Positions 26,056 to 40,428 of a stretch of 64,000 bases of DNA are shown here, one piece after another. The position numbers were made by a program, and so were the translations under genes. The notes below the pieces were generated by a model, which made no database searches, had not been told where the DNA came from, and saw only the letters and a list, made by a program, of their open reading frames with translations. Location of the stretch: assembly GCA_028534125.1 (NCBI GenBank), contig CM052817.1, positions 89,220,001 to 89,284,000 of the forward strand, given 5' to 3'. The stretch comes from Lama glama (Eukaryota). Numbering within the stretch: the stretch's first letter is position 1; each line of letters opens with the position of its first letter.

Positions 26056-28029
26056 TTAGGTAATCCCAAGAAAATACACGATGTTGGACCCACATCTGTA
26101 GTTTAAAGGTATAAAACTTTAGCAATCATGATCAACTAGTCTTTGGCAAATAATTAGTTACTAAGCAGAAGTGTGAGGCTGTATTAATGGTATCAGAGAC
26201 CATCCAAACAGGCAAAGCATTTTTTTTTAAGATTCAGTAGGAAGGAAAGCTTGGCCTATCTGTACAAGAATGTGACACATGACACATTTCTCAGTGATGT
26301 GTGGCGCTGCTCCTGTATGACTTTAAAACATCCCTTCTACATAAGGTTTAGGAACCAAAAATCTTATTTTCAGGAATGAAAAGCCACCAGGTTTGTGGCT
26401 TCAGCTTCTACCCAGAAGGAGAAATCAATAAGTGCTGTTGACTACCTGTCTATTTACTGTCCAGAGACATTAGTTTTGTGGCCTTGAAAACTTAACTTTT
26501 CAGGCTAAGAGACATCCGCTGATGATTAAAATTCTCATGCTGCAGCTATTTTTATTTTATGACTTAAAAATATTTAATTGGCATGTACCCTGAGGCTTTC
26601 TGCAATGGGTTTATCTTACAAATAATTAATAGCCAACATGAAAAGCAATATTTTAATTTCTAAGCAAATTAACTGTACAACTTTTATGTCTGTTGTGGTC
26701 ATATTTTTGTCAGACAGTCTAAGAAAAGCAGATAGAACAGATGAATATAATCAGAGTTAACACAAAAGGGCTTAAGAAGAATGAATTAAATTGATTAAGC
26801 CAGCAGTTTCAAAATTACCATTTTTAAAGAAAAACTGTATACTATTAATTCATTTTGTAATTAGCCTATCAACTATTCATTTTGAATGTATGTTTATAGC
26901 AAAGGCCTAAGGCTGTTACACATGCATGTCAATGTCAGGTGTGACAATGTTAATATCCTGAACTGAGGCCCATCTATATCACGTACATAACAATCAGACT
27001 ACTTCACAGTCAACGACACTCAACACCCAAGAAAAAGTGAGGTTTTAGGTATTTTGACCGTATATCATGAACCCAGGGGCTTCACATATGGTTTGCCCAT
27101 TCAAATTTGGATTATTATTGCCATTTCTATTCTGAATATAATAACATTAATTCAAAGACTTCCTCTTACTCACTCTTTTCCTCGCTCTTTCTACCTTTCT
27201 TCCTCTCTCTCTCCCCCACCTATCTTGCCTTCTCTCTTTCCCACTCATCATTTGTAAGTCTGCAGTTCCAACGTTTGAATTTTTCTTAATTCCTGACATA
27301 GCGTACATTCCTTTTATTTAGCGACATACAAATAAATGCATTGTGCACATGTGTATGCTATTATATTGATATGACTATATTGATCTATCTTCTTGAGCAA
27401 CAACAAACCAAAAAAAACACGCAAGGAAATCTCAAATGCTTTATGTTTGAGATTTTGAGATGCTCTCCTGATATACTCACTGCTAAGTTAGTTCAATGAA
27501 TGTTCAATTACCAATTGAAAAATGGGAAACACATAGAAACCTACAATAACAGGAGAATCAGAAAGATTCTCAGTCTTCCTACTATACCCCCAGGACTGGA
27601 AAACGTCATGATAATCTTCATTACAGCGAGGGGTCCACTGATCTCCAACCAGCTGTAATTTCAGGTTAGCTCAGCCTCTTTACCTAAACCTCTTCTTTTA
27701 AGAGAGAGGTACAAGGAAGGAAGCAGTTACATTAATGGTCAGATTGATGAACAGAAAATCAAGGCCAGATGTAGATTAAAAGACCATGATTTTTCCAAGG
27801 CCTTGGCTTGGATTATTAGCAAAGTCCCAAAAGTCCATTAAGAAGAAATTGAGGATTTTCAGGATGTTGAAACTGCAGGTCTCTTACCAGGGAATGGAAG
27901 GACAGGTATTTAAGGCACTTTCTAGGAGAATACCTGAGCCTTTAAGACACTTCAGGGCGGAGCATGTACAAGGAAGTCTCTGCTGCTAAAAGGGATTACT
28001 TTCCCTACAACAACGTGGATGTATTACTG

Positions 28030-28386
28030 TGCCAATGTATCTCATCCCCACCAGGAAGTGGATGAGGAAAGAGGAAAACAAAAAAACTGTTGAGAATAAT
28101 ATTACTTCCCTCCCCTTATCTGTCAGATCCAAAGCATTTTTGGTTTTACATATTTCCATTTGGAACTTTCTCTTAACTTCCCTCAATAGTACTTTAAAGT
28201 GAAAATGACTACTCCATTGCACTTTCAGGGCCAAGGTTGGTAACAGCTTCCTGTTACAGAATTCCAGAGTAATTCACCGTTCCTTTTGGTATCACTTTAA
28301 TTTTTCCATTGCTTTATGAGCAGTCCATTGATTAGAATCCTTTTTGTCTATGCTTTGTTTCATCAGTTTCTTATCTGATTGATTCA
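28030..28386 (+). mobile_element. ERVL LTR33-like fragment
   Basis: ttcagggccaaggttggtaacagcttcc...ttcaccgttccttttggt...ctgattgattca resembles the LTR33/LTR16 3' half. Confidence 0.5.
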
Positions 28387-28799
28387 GAGTCCTTGATTTC
28401 CCTTTAAGTCCCACAGTGAAATAATCAGCAAATGAGGACATTTCTACTTTCAAATTGTATCCATAATCTTATCTTACAACATTCACAGCTAACCATTCTC
28501 CAGGGCTTCCCCCACTTTTATGCCACGGCCTAGGGAGATGGACAGTACTGTTATCAACACTGAGATAAAGGGACTGGGCTGCTCACAGTGGAAGGGTTAG
28601 GCCATGGGGACAGCAGACACGTAGATCCTTCAAATTGCCGAGGGCTGAGAGGACTGCACAGAACTTGGGACACCCTGTTCTGGTTCAAGCCATTATCATC
28701 AGTGCCTGAATTAGGGCAAGAGCTGCTGTCCCAACACCCCTCATTCCCTTGGTCGGAACAGCTGGGGTTAGCGTTTGAATCATGCTTCATAGCTCCTCA

Positions 28800-29320
28800 C
28801 TGCAGACCTAAAAACGACGTAGCATTACAGGTAAAATAAACCCACACTACAACCCCATTATAAAGCCTGTCTTCTGCCGACACCCTCTAACTTCTTATCC
28901 GCACTGCAGTTACTAGACATCTTGGTTGTCCCTCAGAAATCCTTTGGGTATACTATGTTTGGCACATTTTCAGTTGCTCCTTTTCCTTGGAACAATCCTC
29001 CCAGAGCTGCACTGCCTTGTGTGCCTCATATACCATTTCACTCAGGTGACACTTCCTTAGAAAACTCATTTGCCGTCCAACTTGAAATCATTACCAGTCA
29101 CTCTCTACCATTATTATTGATCCTATTTTCCTCCTGGCTTAGATCAACCAGTAAGCTTATCCTATATTTTGATTTATTAATTTTTCTGGCTTCTCAAAGT
29201 AGAACATGGGCTCTTTGAGGGTAGAGATATTGTCATGAACCTACAACTGGAAGAATGATACCTGATTCCATAGTAGTGGTTCAGAGTTATATATGGATGG
29301 TTGCTATCTGACTTGAGAAG
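28800..29320 (+). mobile_element. L2 LINE 3' fragment
   Basis: tttggcacattttcagttgctcctttt.cttggaac...tagaacatgggctctttgagggtagagat. Confidence 0.65.
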
Positions 29321-29472
29321 CTTAAATCTCCTTTAAGCCTCTTATTTCTTTCCTTTGAATTGGAAACAGTTGCATTGCTGATCTATCACTGTTTGGACTT
29401 GAGGATTAATTGACATGTTTATGTAAGATGATACAGTGTTCTACAAAAGATTAGACATACATGAGTAATGTG

Positions 29473-29675
29473 TTGTGATGGAACGCTGGGGCCAACTCCA
29501 GCACTGCAACATCTACAAAGTTTTCAGAAATTTGGGGAATTGACTGACATCCCATGTGTAGCTTGAAAGCGGCTCCATCTTAAAGTAAGCACTTCATGAA
29601 AATCATAAAATACTATACAAATCAGGGCCATTTTGTCCTCAAAGATCTGGTTAAATATTTAGCAGTACAGCATTA
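29473..29675 (+). mobile_element. hAT DNA transposon remnant (MER63-like)
   Basis: ttttcagaaatttgg...tacaaatcagggc...ggttaaatatttagcagtacagca. Confidence 0.5.
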
Positions 29676-30059
29676 AATTCTGATCTACATTAATAAACAT
29701 GCCTATTTAATATCAGTACTACAAAGAATGTATTATGAAAAAGTAGAAAATATTTTAAAGTAACAGCTTTATGGATTAGGAACCAAATAATACGAATTTA
29801 AATCATACTGAGTTTTTAACAATTTTTAAATGTTTAAATTCAATAAAATATAAATTTTAAATCATACTTAATTTTGGACTTGTAGTAACTAAATTATAAT
29901 ATACTTGTATCATCAAATCTGTTTTAAGGCATGTTCAAAGAAGGTAGCACTTTGTAGTTAAAACGTGGTAATTTGAAAAAATTAAATACTCTGAAATTTT
30001 ATAAAATCTAAGCTATTTCTTTCTCACCCTCACCTTCTTAAAATCCTAAGACAATCATT

Positions 30060-30233
30060 CTACTATTTCACTGGGCATTAGAATCACCAAGAGAGCTTTT
30101 AAAAATTTCAATACCCACGAGCCAAGGCCTATGACCAATTAAATTTGAATTTCTGATGTTGGAACCCAGATATTACTATCTTTTTAAGCTCCCTAAGTGA
30201 TTCCAATATGTAGATAAAGTTGAGATCCACTAT
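30060..30233. mobile_element. MER5A (hAT-Charlie) MITE
   Basis: gcattagaatcacc..gagagcttttaaaaat...aagctccctaagtgattccaatatg...aagttgagatccacta. Confidence 0.85.
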
Positions 30234-32611
30234 CTAAGGCATGAGAGTCTTGAAATGGCAGCATGCCTTGTAGATATGGATTTGGTATGAATATAGATAG
30301 AGATGGAATATTTCTACTTAAGCCTTATGCCAGTCAAGTTAAACTTTTGTAGATACATTATGTCATTATCTCTGAAATGTGTTTGGTTGAAATCCAAGGA
30401 AGATAAATGAGCACTCTTCTTAGAAATGGCTTCATTTGGCAGACACCACCACTTCCATAAACAAACTGTTCAACAAAATCAATTCTTGGAATCATTATAA
30501 CTTTAAGAATAGGAATTAAAGAACTATGTGGCAGGTGTTATATGTAGCTGCAGTAAATATAATGGAAACATTTGTACTCCTTTCATTATAAACAATATTA
30601 TTTCTCCAGGGGTCTGTTCACAATTTTAAACATACACGTTGGCAGGTTGGTTTATCCATTCTCCCCGACTATTGTCTAAACACACTCTCCTAAAATAAGA
30701 ATGCACTGCCATTATCTACACAGGGAAATCTCTAATAGTGTCAGTTAAAATGGATAGTGTCAATTGTTTTATTAAATGAAATCAGTAACGTGCCAAAATA
30801 TTTCAGAAAAAAAATTCATGACCACTCCAAAATGTGCTTATCTACAAAGAAATATCATTTTTATCTAGCCAGCTACCTGGCTGTATCTAGATTTAGGTAA
30901 ACACATTTCAGGCTATAGAGCAGTTACTGCCATTGTTTTCTTGTATGAGACTTAAAGAATGAATCTGAAAGCAAAATAAAAACTGAAATAGAAAAAAACT
31001 GTTTCAAGAAACTGACCACAAATGCACTAGAGATAACAATGGGAATGCCTTCTGCATTACAGGAGCGTGGCATACACCGTGAAATGTATAAATGGGGCCA
31101 ATGGAGACCTGCAAATTAAAGATTTAGCATCACTGCTCACTATGTGCTGCTCTGAAACAGATATTCTGAAAGTTGAATGGACAGCATTTTTGTATTATTC
31201 TTCGTCAATCCCCTGTTCTCCAATCAGTACACTGTACATCAGTTCATTTTTGTCTCCCTTTATGTGTGACAGTTAGAGCAATGCTGCACTGTAAAACTGT
31301 ATATGCTGTAAAATGCCTAAATATATAAATTTTAGCTTGTTTTCAAATCATCTTATAATTAAAAACTTGCTTTAAAAAGCAATCCTCTTATTTGAATTAT
31401 CATAGGTATTTAGAAATCCCTATTTAGAGGAAATAAACATTTGAAGTTTCCTATAGAGTAGATTTCTGTTTTTTTTTCATGCCACAATGATTATTTTTTT
31501 ATTATTTAAGGTATGCCCTTTGGAAATTTATTGGTTCTTCCCAAGATGAAGACCATGAAATTTTAAAATGCTAAGAAGTATCACTGAAATGTGTAGAGGG
31601 TCAAAGTGGATGAATTGTTAATTATTTCCAGCATATTCTGGATCATGAAAATACTGAAAATTATAATATTTAAAACTAGATCATCATTATTTCAGAAGAT
31701 TGTGTAAGAGGTACAGGGAAGAAGGGACACTAGTGCAGAGTTCTTGACACCCTCTGTGAATCCACTCACCAGGTCACCTGACACATAATCCAACCATTTC
31801 TCTGATGTACAGTCATACACTGAGCTTCTGTTGGTTCCAGCTTTACGGTTCACAAGCAATTCAAATACCACCCCAAAAGTAAACATATATTTCTCTTCAA
31901 ATATGCTGAACCTATGTTTACATTCACGCAGAACAATACTACTGTCTCGAAACTGATTCTTCACAGGAGTGCACTAGATTCAACTTGAATGTTAGAATTA
32001 AAAGTAAGTTAATTTTCATAAAAACATTATTTTTCCAGAAATTATAAATTTCAGGTTGATCTGAGTAATTTTGATTCAAATTTTGAAAGTCATTAATTAT
32101 ACCCATTTTTGTTTAAATTTTAATATAAAATTTTGAATATTTAAGAGAACAATGTTTCTGGCAAACATGAGTAGTTATATTTTAATATTAATACTTATTT
32201 TAATTTACATACTTCATGAAAGTATATTCAACTTTTGCAACCTGAAAATTTACTTATATTTATAATCTTTACATCTAAATATTTTAAAGATATCTTTACC
32301 ATTTTAAAAGCATATGACAATAATTATTGCCAATAGAATACAAATTAAGTAAAATCTTGATTATAAATATATAAAGTGATTTTTGTCAAAATAAAAGCAA
32401 GAAAAATAAAGTGCATGATAGTAACATAATTTGTAATAATATATAACTTGAAAATCTATATATTAAATTTTGAATCATGAAAGTTTTTATTCTTCTTCAT
32501 CCAAATATTTCCTACCCATAAACAGAACAGCTGAGCTTATACAGTAATAATTATATTCAGTTGTCTTTGATATGTTGCTAAATTGTTGTCATTTAACAAA
32601 AATGACACTGA

Positions 32612-33104
32612 TACACATATTCATTCAGTTCTTAGGGCTGCTGTTACCAAGTACCACAAAGTAGATGGCTTAAAAGAACAAATGTATTCTCACTGTTCTG
32701 GAGGCTGGCAGTCTGATATCAAGATGTCGGCAGGGCTATGCTCCCTCCAGAGCCTCAAGGGAATAGATTCTAACTGGCGTCTTCTAACTTCTGGTGGCCC
32801 CAGTTGTTCCGTGGCTTGCAGACAGCTTAACTCCAACTTTCACACAGTTCCCACTGTCACATGGCCATCTTCTATGTCTGAGTGTCTCCACATCCTTCCA
32901 TGGTGTTCTCCTCGTGTACCTGTGCCCAATTTTCCCTCTTCTTATAAAGACAGCAATCATTTGGATTAAGGACCACCCTGATAGCTTCATTTTATTTTGA
33001 CTAAATCTGTAAAAACTCTTATTTCCAAACAAGGTTCACAGATTTCTAGGGGTTAGGGTTTTAACATACCTGTTTTGGTGGCAGAAACAATTCAACTCAT
33101 AGCA
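32612..33104 (-). mobile_element. MaLR solo LTR (MLT1C-like)
   Basis: cttagggctgctgttaccaagtaccacaaa...ctcactgttctggaggc...ttcaactcatagca; candidate TSD actga at 32607-32611 and 33105-33109. Confidence 0.9.
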
Positions 33105-36017
33105 ACTGATTTTTAAGCTTCTTGTTTTCCAGTTGTACTTGTTGAAGTAAAGGCATGAAACTTTACCTCTTAGGTTTGTTAATTTAATAACTGAAACTTA
33201 CAAATTTTAGAGATGTGGTGTGTGGGACTTCATTTGTCCTCTTTTCCTTGGTCATCAAAATATTTAGGATGGACTTTAAAGCTCGTAACATTTATTGCAT
33301 TTTTAATCTACAACGGAATAAAATATTTCTGATTTAGGTCATAAAATTTCTGATGTAGAAATAGTATCTTTACATTAGTCTTTTATTCCCAGCATCCAGT
33401 GCACAAACTTATCTGATATTGGTATTCATTAAATATTTGTTGAAAGAACTTTAGAAAAAATGTTACCAAATTTGAAGAGAGAGAAAAACAAAGAGGGAGG
33501 AGGCAAAAGTGTTCTTTTCTCTTTTTTAAAAAAAAGTTTTGATTTTCTAGTTTGTGGAACCAACCTACTGCTACTTTTTCCTGTTTCTTAATTCTTCGTG
33601 GTTTAAAGATGTTTTAACACACAACATTTGAGAGGGAAAAGTTTTGACTACTTATTTCCCTTCCTGGTAGGATTCAAAGAAACCTTTTTAGGTGCTTTTG
33701 TTTTCCTTAAGTTCTTGATTTCATAGGCCATATATAAAATGGCCCCAGTGGAAACCACACAGTGGTATGAATCGATGGTTTTCATCTATTCTGCTCACCG
33801 TGCATCCCTAGCATTAGAATCGCCTGGCATACATTAGACAGCCAGTTAGTGTGTTGCATGAATTGATCATACGTGTACTTCTCTTATGGGAAATATCTGA
33901 AACACATATTTATAGTTAGGTTACTCTTCTAAAAAGCAGAATACCCACAAGAGACCTGTTAGGTGCCTAATAAAACTTATTAAAGTAATCACCCAATCTC
34001 CTTGTCCCAGAATCATCCGTTTGTCCTTTAATCACCGCCTTTCCTCACATGGACAGGATATTGTTACCTCACAGGTGACAAGCAGCGCATGTCCCAAGGC
34101 TGTCTTCTTTTCTACCTAATGGTCTGGCACACGCAAGGAAGGGAAACATGTAGGCTACAAACCTGGTGAAACAAAATATTAATGAGCTGCTCTTAAAAGC
34201 TTCTTTCCTTGAAAGAAAATGAATTTAGCACTGAGGAAAAGCTAACTCAATTTCTAAGAGTAATTAAGTCAACTGGCCACATTTTAGGTCTGTATAAAAA
34301 GAAAGTAAAGAAATTAAAGGTTGCATACTGTTTTAAATTTTAATCATATTATTATGAAAAGTATCTACATATTTACCTCCTCAGATTATTTCACTGTTAA
34401 TATGCATTGAGCAAAAAAGATAGACTAGATTTTTTAAATAAACTTTTTATTTTAGAACAGTGTTAGATTAACAGAAAAATTGCAAGGATTTTACAGGGTT
34501 CCCATATATCCTAAACCCAATTTCCCCTATTCTTACACTGTATGACACACTTCTTACACTTAATGAACCAATATCAATATATTACCATTAGCTAAAGTCC
34601 CACTGGTACTGAGATTTCCTTAGATTTTTCTCTCTGTCCCTTTGCTGTTCTAGGATTTTCTTTGGGTCACTACATGGCATTTAGTCCTCAAGTCTCCTTG
34701 GGCTCCTTCTGGCTGTGACAGTTTCTCAAATTTTCCTTGTTATGGATGGCCTTGCCAGTTTTGAGGGGGCCTGATCAGCTATTGTGTAGAAAACACTTTA
34801 ACTGAATTTGTCTGATCTTTTTCTTTCCCTCTTGATTAAAGACGGGGTTTTTGGAAGTAGACCACAGAGGTGAAGCTCTGTTTTATGCTGAGTGTGATTA
34901 TCTCACACCCACCGTACACACTGTCAACGTGAACCCACTGCTGCCGCTGGCCGTGGCCACTTCACTCAGGCAGTGACTGTAAGGTTACCCCATGACAAAG
35001 TGACTCCAGTTTGCCTCTTCCACACTGTACTCTTTGGAAGAAAATTAACACATGCAGCCTGTCCTTAAAGAGAGAGAACTGATGCCGCATTCCTTCACGT
35101 CAGAGTCTCTGTATGAATGATTTAGAATTATTCTGCACGGGGGATTTGTCTCTTCTCCCTTATTTATTCATTCACATAATTACTTGTGTCAGCATGAATG
35201 CACAGATATGTGTTCTACACTTTGGGTTAAGATCCAGTACTACTTTATTCACTTTGCTGCTCATTTTCTTCCAACTTGGGCTCCTGGGAGCTCTTTCAGT
35301 TGACGCCTCTGTCCCTTTGTCATACACCTATCATTACGTTTGTTGTGTGCCTTTTGTTGTTCTCTGTTTTTTGTTTTTGAGTACTACAAGCTGCTCTGTC
35401 TTGCATCCTTCCTCCTCCAGTCTTAGAATCAACCATTTCTCTGAGAAACCGTGTTTCCTGATATTCAAGAATAGTATTAAAAATCAAGTGGTGCTAGGTG
35501 TACCTGTCACTCCTAGTGCCGCTGTTTCCAGTTCCTCTCGGATGAGAGAGTAAGGAAATGCACGTGTACATACTCACTGTGTGTACACAGATGCATCAGT
35601 GCTTCTATTTCTAACCATCTGTAACTATATTAAACCAGACAAGAGTTCTTACCGATGTCCCCCAACTCTGGGCCATCAGCAAGTAGATCATTCTAGCTTT
35701 GTAAACTCCTTCTCCAACATGAAAAACCTGGTCCATCCCATCCACCTTCCATTTATTGAAGTGTTCAATTTTACTACACATGTAAAGTAGCATCAGAATT
35801 GTTAACCCATACCCTGTAGGAAACAACTTTTTCAACTAGATTACAGTGCTCCTGTGTGGTTCCTTTGCCTTCTGTGATACAGACTCTGCTTCCAAAGTTA
35901 TGGAGGCTCAGTGAGGCTGTTTCATAACATTAGATTTCATTGTCACATTCTGCAGTGCACCCTGGGATCTACCACTTCCTACATAGTATTTTTTAATTTG
36001 TAAATATTAAGATTCAT

Positions 36018-36570
36018 CTCCTGGGTATATAGCTAAAAACAAAAATAAAAACAATAATTCAAAATGATATATACACCCCAATGTTCACAGCAGCGTTATT
36101 TACAATTGTCAAGATACGGAAACAACTTAAGTGTCCATCACAAGATGGATGGATAAGGAAGTTGTGGTATAAATAAATATATATAATGGGATACTACTCA
36201 GCCATTAAAACTGAATGAAATTTTGCCATTTGATGAACTTGGAGGGCATTATGCTAAGTGAAATAAATCAGAAAAGATAAATGCTGCATAATATCACTTA
36301 TATATGGAATCTAAAAAAAAATACAAAAAAAATCTAGTGAATATAACAAAAAAGCAGCAGAGTCACAGGTACAGAGAACAAACTAGTGGTTACCAGTGGG
36401 TGAGGGGAGGGGCAATATAGGGGTGGGAAAATGAGGGGGACATACTACTCGGTATAGGACAGGCTCAAGGATATATATTGTAGAACATGGGGAATATGGC
36501 CAATATTTTGTAGTACCTGTAAATGGAAAGTAACCTTTAAACGTATAAAAAATTTAAAAATTAAAAAAAA
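36018..36570 (+). mobile_element. 5'-truncated L1 with A-rich tail and TSD
   Basis: L1 ORF2 end and 3' UTR; TSD attaagattcat (36006-36017) / attaagatccat (36570-36581). Confidence 0.92.
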
Positions 36571-36867
36571 TTAAGATCCATTTTGTGCTATAAAGTTCTA
36601 TGAGCTGAGACTAATGCAGTGTCATGTGCCAACCGCTGCAACATCATACAAAATAGTTTCACTGCCCGAAGCAAATCCGTGCTTCACCTATTCAACTGTC
36701 TCCCCCAACACATGGCAACCACTGACCCCTTTTTAGCGTCCCTTTATAGTTTACCTTTTCCAGAAAGTCATATGATTGGAATCATAGAGTTTTTTTCAGA
36801 CTGGCTTCTTTCACTGAGCAATATACAGTTAAAATTTCTCCATGTCTTTCTGTGGCTTAGTTTGCAC

Positions 36868-38388
36868 TTGTTTTTTGTTTTTTGTTTTAATTGAAGAATA
36901 GTCAGTTACAATGTAAACAATGTGTCAGTTTCTGGTGTACATTATAATGTCCCAGTCATGCATATATATACATATATTTGTTTTCATACTTTTTCATTAA
37001 AAGTTATTACAAGATATTGAATATAGTTCCCCATGCTATACAGAATAAATTTGCTGATTTATTTTTATATATAGTGGTTAACATTTGCAAATCTCAAACT
37101 CCCAAATTTATCCACTCCCATCCCCTCTCCCCTGGTAACCATAAGACTGTTTACTATGTCTGCGAATCTGTTTCTGTTTTGTAAATGAGTTCATTAGTAT
37201 CTTTATTCTTTTTTTTAAGATTCCACATAGGCGTGATAAAAGGGGTTTTTGGGGGGGGGGTTTGTTTTTTTCTCTTTCTCGCTTACTTCACTTAGAATGA
37301 TCTCAGGTGCATCCATTTAGTGCAAATGGTGTATTTTATTCTTTTTTTAAAATCACTGAGTAGTATTCCATTGTATAAATATACCACAGCTTCTTTATCC
37401 AGTCATCTGTTGATGGACATTTAGGTTGCCTCCATGTCTTGGCTATTGTATATAGTGCTCCTATGAACACTGGGGTGCCTGCATCTTTTCCAGTTAGAGT
37501 TCCCTCCAGATATATGCCCAGGAGTGGGATTGCTGGATCATATGGTTAAGTCTATTTTTAGTTTTTTGAGGAGTCTCCACAATTTCCCATAATGACTACA
37601 CCAAACTACATTCCCACCAGCAATGTAGGAAGGTCCCCTTTTCTTTACAGCCTCTCCAGCATTTATCATTTGTGGACTTTTGAATGATGCCATTCTGACT
37701 GCTGTGAAGTGATACATTGTAGTTTTGATAATTAGCAATACTGAGCATTTTGTCATGTGCCTGTTGGGCATTTGTATGTCTTCATTGGAGAACTGTTTGT
37801 TTAGGTCTTCTGCCAATTTGGGTTGTTTGTTTTTGTTATTAAGTTGTATAAGCTATTTATATATTCTGGAAATTAAACCGTTGTCATTCACATCATTTGA
37901 AAATATTTTCTCCCATTCCATAGGTGGTTGTTTTGTTTTGCTTATGGTTTCCTTTGCTATGCAAAAGCTTAAGTGTAATTAGGGCCTATTTATTAATTTT
38001 TGCTTTTATTTCTATTGCCTGCATAGACTGCCCAAGGAGAACATTGGTAAGATTTATGTCAGAGAATGTTTTGCCTATGTTTTCTTCTAGGAGTTTTTAT
38101 AGTGCCTTGTCTTATGCTTAAGTCTTTAAGCCATTTTGAGTTTATTTTTGTGTATGGAGTGAGGGAGTGCTCTTTGTTGATCTACATGCTGCTGTCCAGT
38201 TTTCCCAGCACCAGTTGCTGAAGAGACTGTCATTTCTCCATTGTATATTCTTGCCTCCTTTGTCAAAGATTAATTGACCATAGGTCTGTGAGTTTATTTC
38301 TGGGTTTTCTGTTCTGTTCCATTGAATCCAAATGTGTGTTTCTGTGCCAGAACCATAGTGTTTTGATTACTGTAGTTCTGCAGTATTA
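36868..38388 (-). mobile_element. Lineage-specific 5'-truncated L1 (about 1.5 kb)
   Basis: T-rich tail, 3' UTR and ORF2 C-terminal region; appears to be the same subfamily as 57039-58582. Confidence 0.95.
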
Positions 38389-40162
38389 TTTTTGTAATTG
38401 ACTATTCCATTTATCCATTGTGATTGATATATCACAGTTTCTTTACTCACCTATTGAAGGGTATCTAGGTTGTAATATTTAGCAAAACATTATAGTGAAA
38501 TAAAAACCTTGTACTAAAATGAGCTGTCATATGCACTGGTAGAGCTTTACTTTCCTTCAGTTTTTCACAGCCTTACTCCTGACTCACACACTGGCAGGAT
38601 ATGATTCAGAACATCTGAATCAAATAGAATTAAATTCATGTTTAAAGGATATCAAAACACAGTGAACTTGTTTTAGTGTCATGTTTTGAAATATTTGAAT
38701 TTAGTAATACTGATTTCCTAACATTCAGTCTATGCAACTATTCATAATAACCAAAAATATTCCAAACTGGATTTTTTTCCAAGGAAACGTAATTTTCATG
38801 TAATTAAGTACATAGTTAAAAGTAGCTAAAATACTTTCCATTTACCCAAGGATCATTTCATAAATAAGTTGGTTAATTTTCACTCTCCTATGTACACATA
38901 CATGAACTTCAAAAAAAACTGAATAATTTTTTTTCTATTCAGGGGACATCCTGTTATATTTATAAATCTAATCTTTGTTTACTGCTAAATAGAAGTATAC
39001 ATGATTTATAATCTGAAATGGTTAAAATAAATTTACTAATATTTTGTGCCATTTAATTGGAAAGCAATTTTCTTTTGAAATGTGTATTTTTATTTTTATT
39101 GTTTTGTTCTCTTAATTGAAAGGTTGTAACAGCATATTACAAATCCTCTTCACCTAACACAGAGCAAGAGAAGGACCTGGTAGATTAAGAATTGTAATAA
39201 TAATGAATAGAAACAAATGATACTGAACAAATATAAAATGTTATTAGACTGTAAACACATGCATATGTCAGTATAAGTGTCACTGTATGACATTTAGTTT
39301 CTGAGAATATTGGCTAAATTTTAGCTTCTAAAATATATTTTAGGTTATAGAAATAACCTAGTAAACAACTTAAACAGACCTGTACGCAAACATTTGGGAT
39401 ATTCCTTCTCACACAGATCCATAAGGATCATGATGGATTATTGTACACCAGAGAACACAGATTAATATTTGCCTTCCACAGTAAAATCATGACCTTGTTT
39501 TTGTCAACTGAGGTTGAGGTAGCAACATTTCTCCACCTCAGTTAATTTAATCATGGCCATCATATTATTTGGAGAAGGGCCTAAGAAATGTAAACATTCC
39601 TCCACCTCATTACTAGTACTGTTTAATAATATGTTCTCACAGAAAAAATATTCTACAACCAACTAACATATTAAAATGAAAAAACTTGTAGTACAGCCCT
39701 TCTGATGGTTTCTTTCCTGGCCTAACAGAAATGACATTAGTGAAAATGTATTAACCAACTAATTATATTAATCCTTAAGAAGAAATCAAAATACAGAGAT
39801 CGTATTACTGCATTTTAACCGCTTAAATGGTGATATCACATGGACATGGTCTGGAGATTTCCCGCAGGCAACATTATGCATTTCTTACCACATAAACATC
39901 AGACTATCAGGGCTGCCTGTGGCACTGGTAGGCAGGTACTTGATTTTGACAGTCTTTGTGTAAATATGACACCTGCCCATTTTGTTTCCAAAATGTTTTT
40001 CTATCCTCTTTACTTTCTAAAGCCATAAAAGGTGAATCATCTTGAACAGAGTTTCAAAAGCAGAATTTAACATTTGTTTGATAATATTCCATTTAAAATT
40101 CAGATCATAGCATTTTTAGTTGGGTAATGAGATACATATGTACTGTATAAAGTTGGAACATG

Positions 40163-40428
40163 ATTTGAAGTATAGTTAATTTAACGTTGCATTAGTTTCT
40201 GGTGTACAACAAAGTGATTCAGTTACATATACATGTAAATTCTTTGTCAAATTCTTTTCCATTATGGTTTATTACAGTATATTGAGTATACAGTTCCCAG
40301 CACTATATACTAGGACCTTGTTGTTTATTTTATATATAGTAGTTTTATCTGCTAATCCCAAACTCCTAATTTATCCCTCCCCATCCCTTTCCCTTTTGGT
40401 AAACATAAGTTTGTTTTCTGTATCTGTG
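40163..40428 (-). mobile_element. Short L1 3' end
   Basis: ttgaagtatagttaattt...ggtgtacaacaaagtgattcagttac...ctgctaatcccaaactcctaatttatccctcc. Confidence 0.85.

Larger units (their letters stand above)
34432..38480 (-). mobile_element. Old L1MC/MD-type 3' region interrupted by two younger L1s (host pieces about 34432-36016, 36582-36865, 38390-38480)
   Basis: tttagaacagtgttagattaacagaaaaattgcaag 3' end; host sequence resumes after each younger insertion. Confidence 0.85.
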
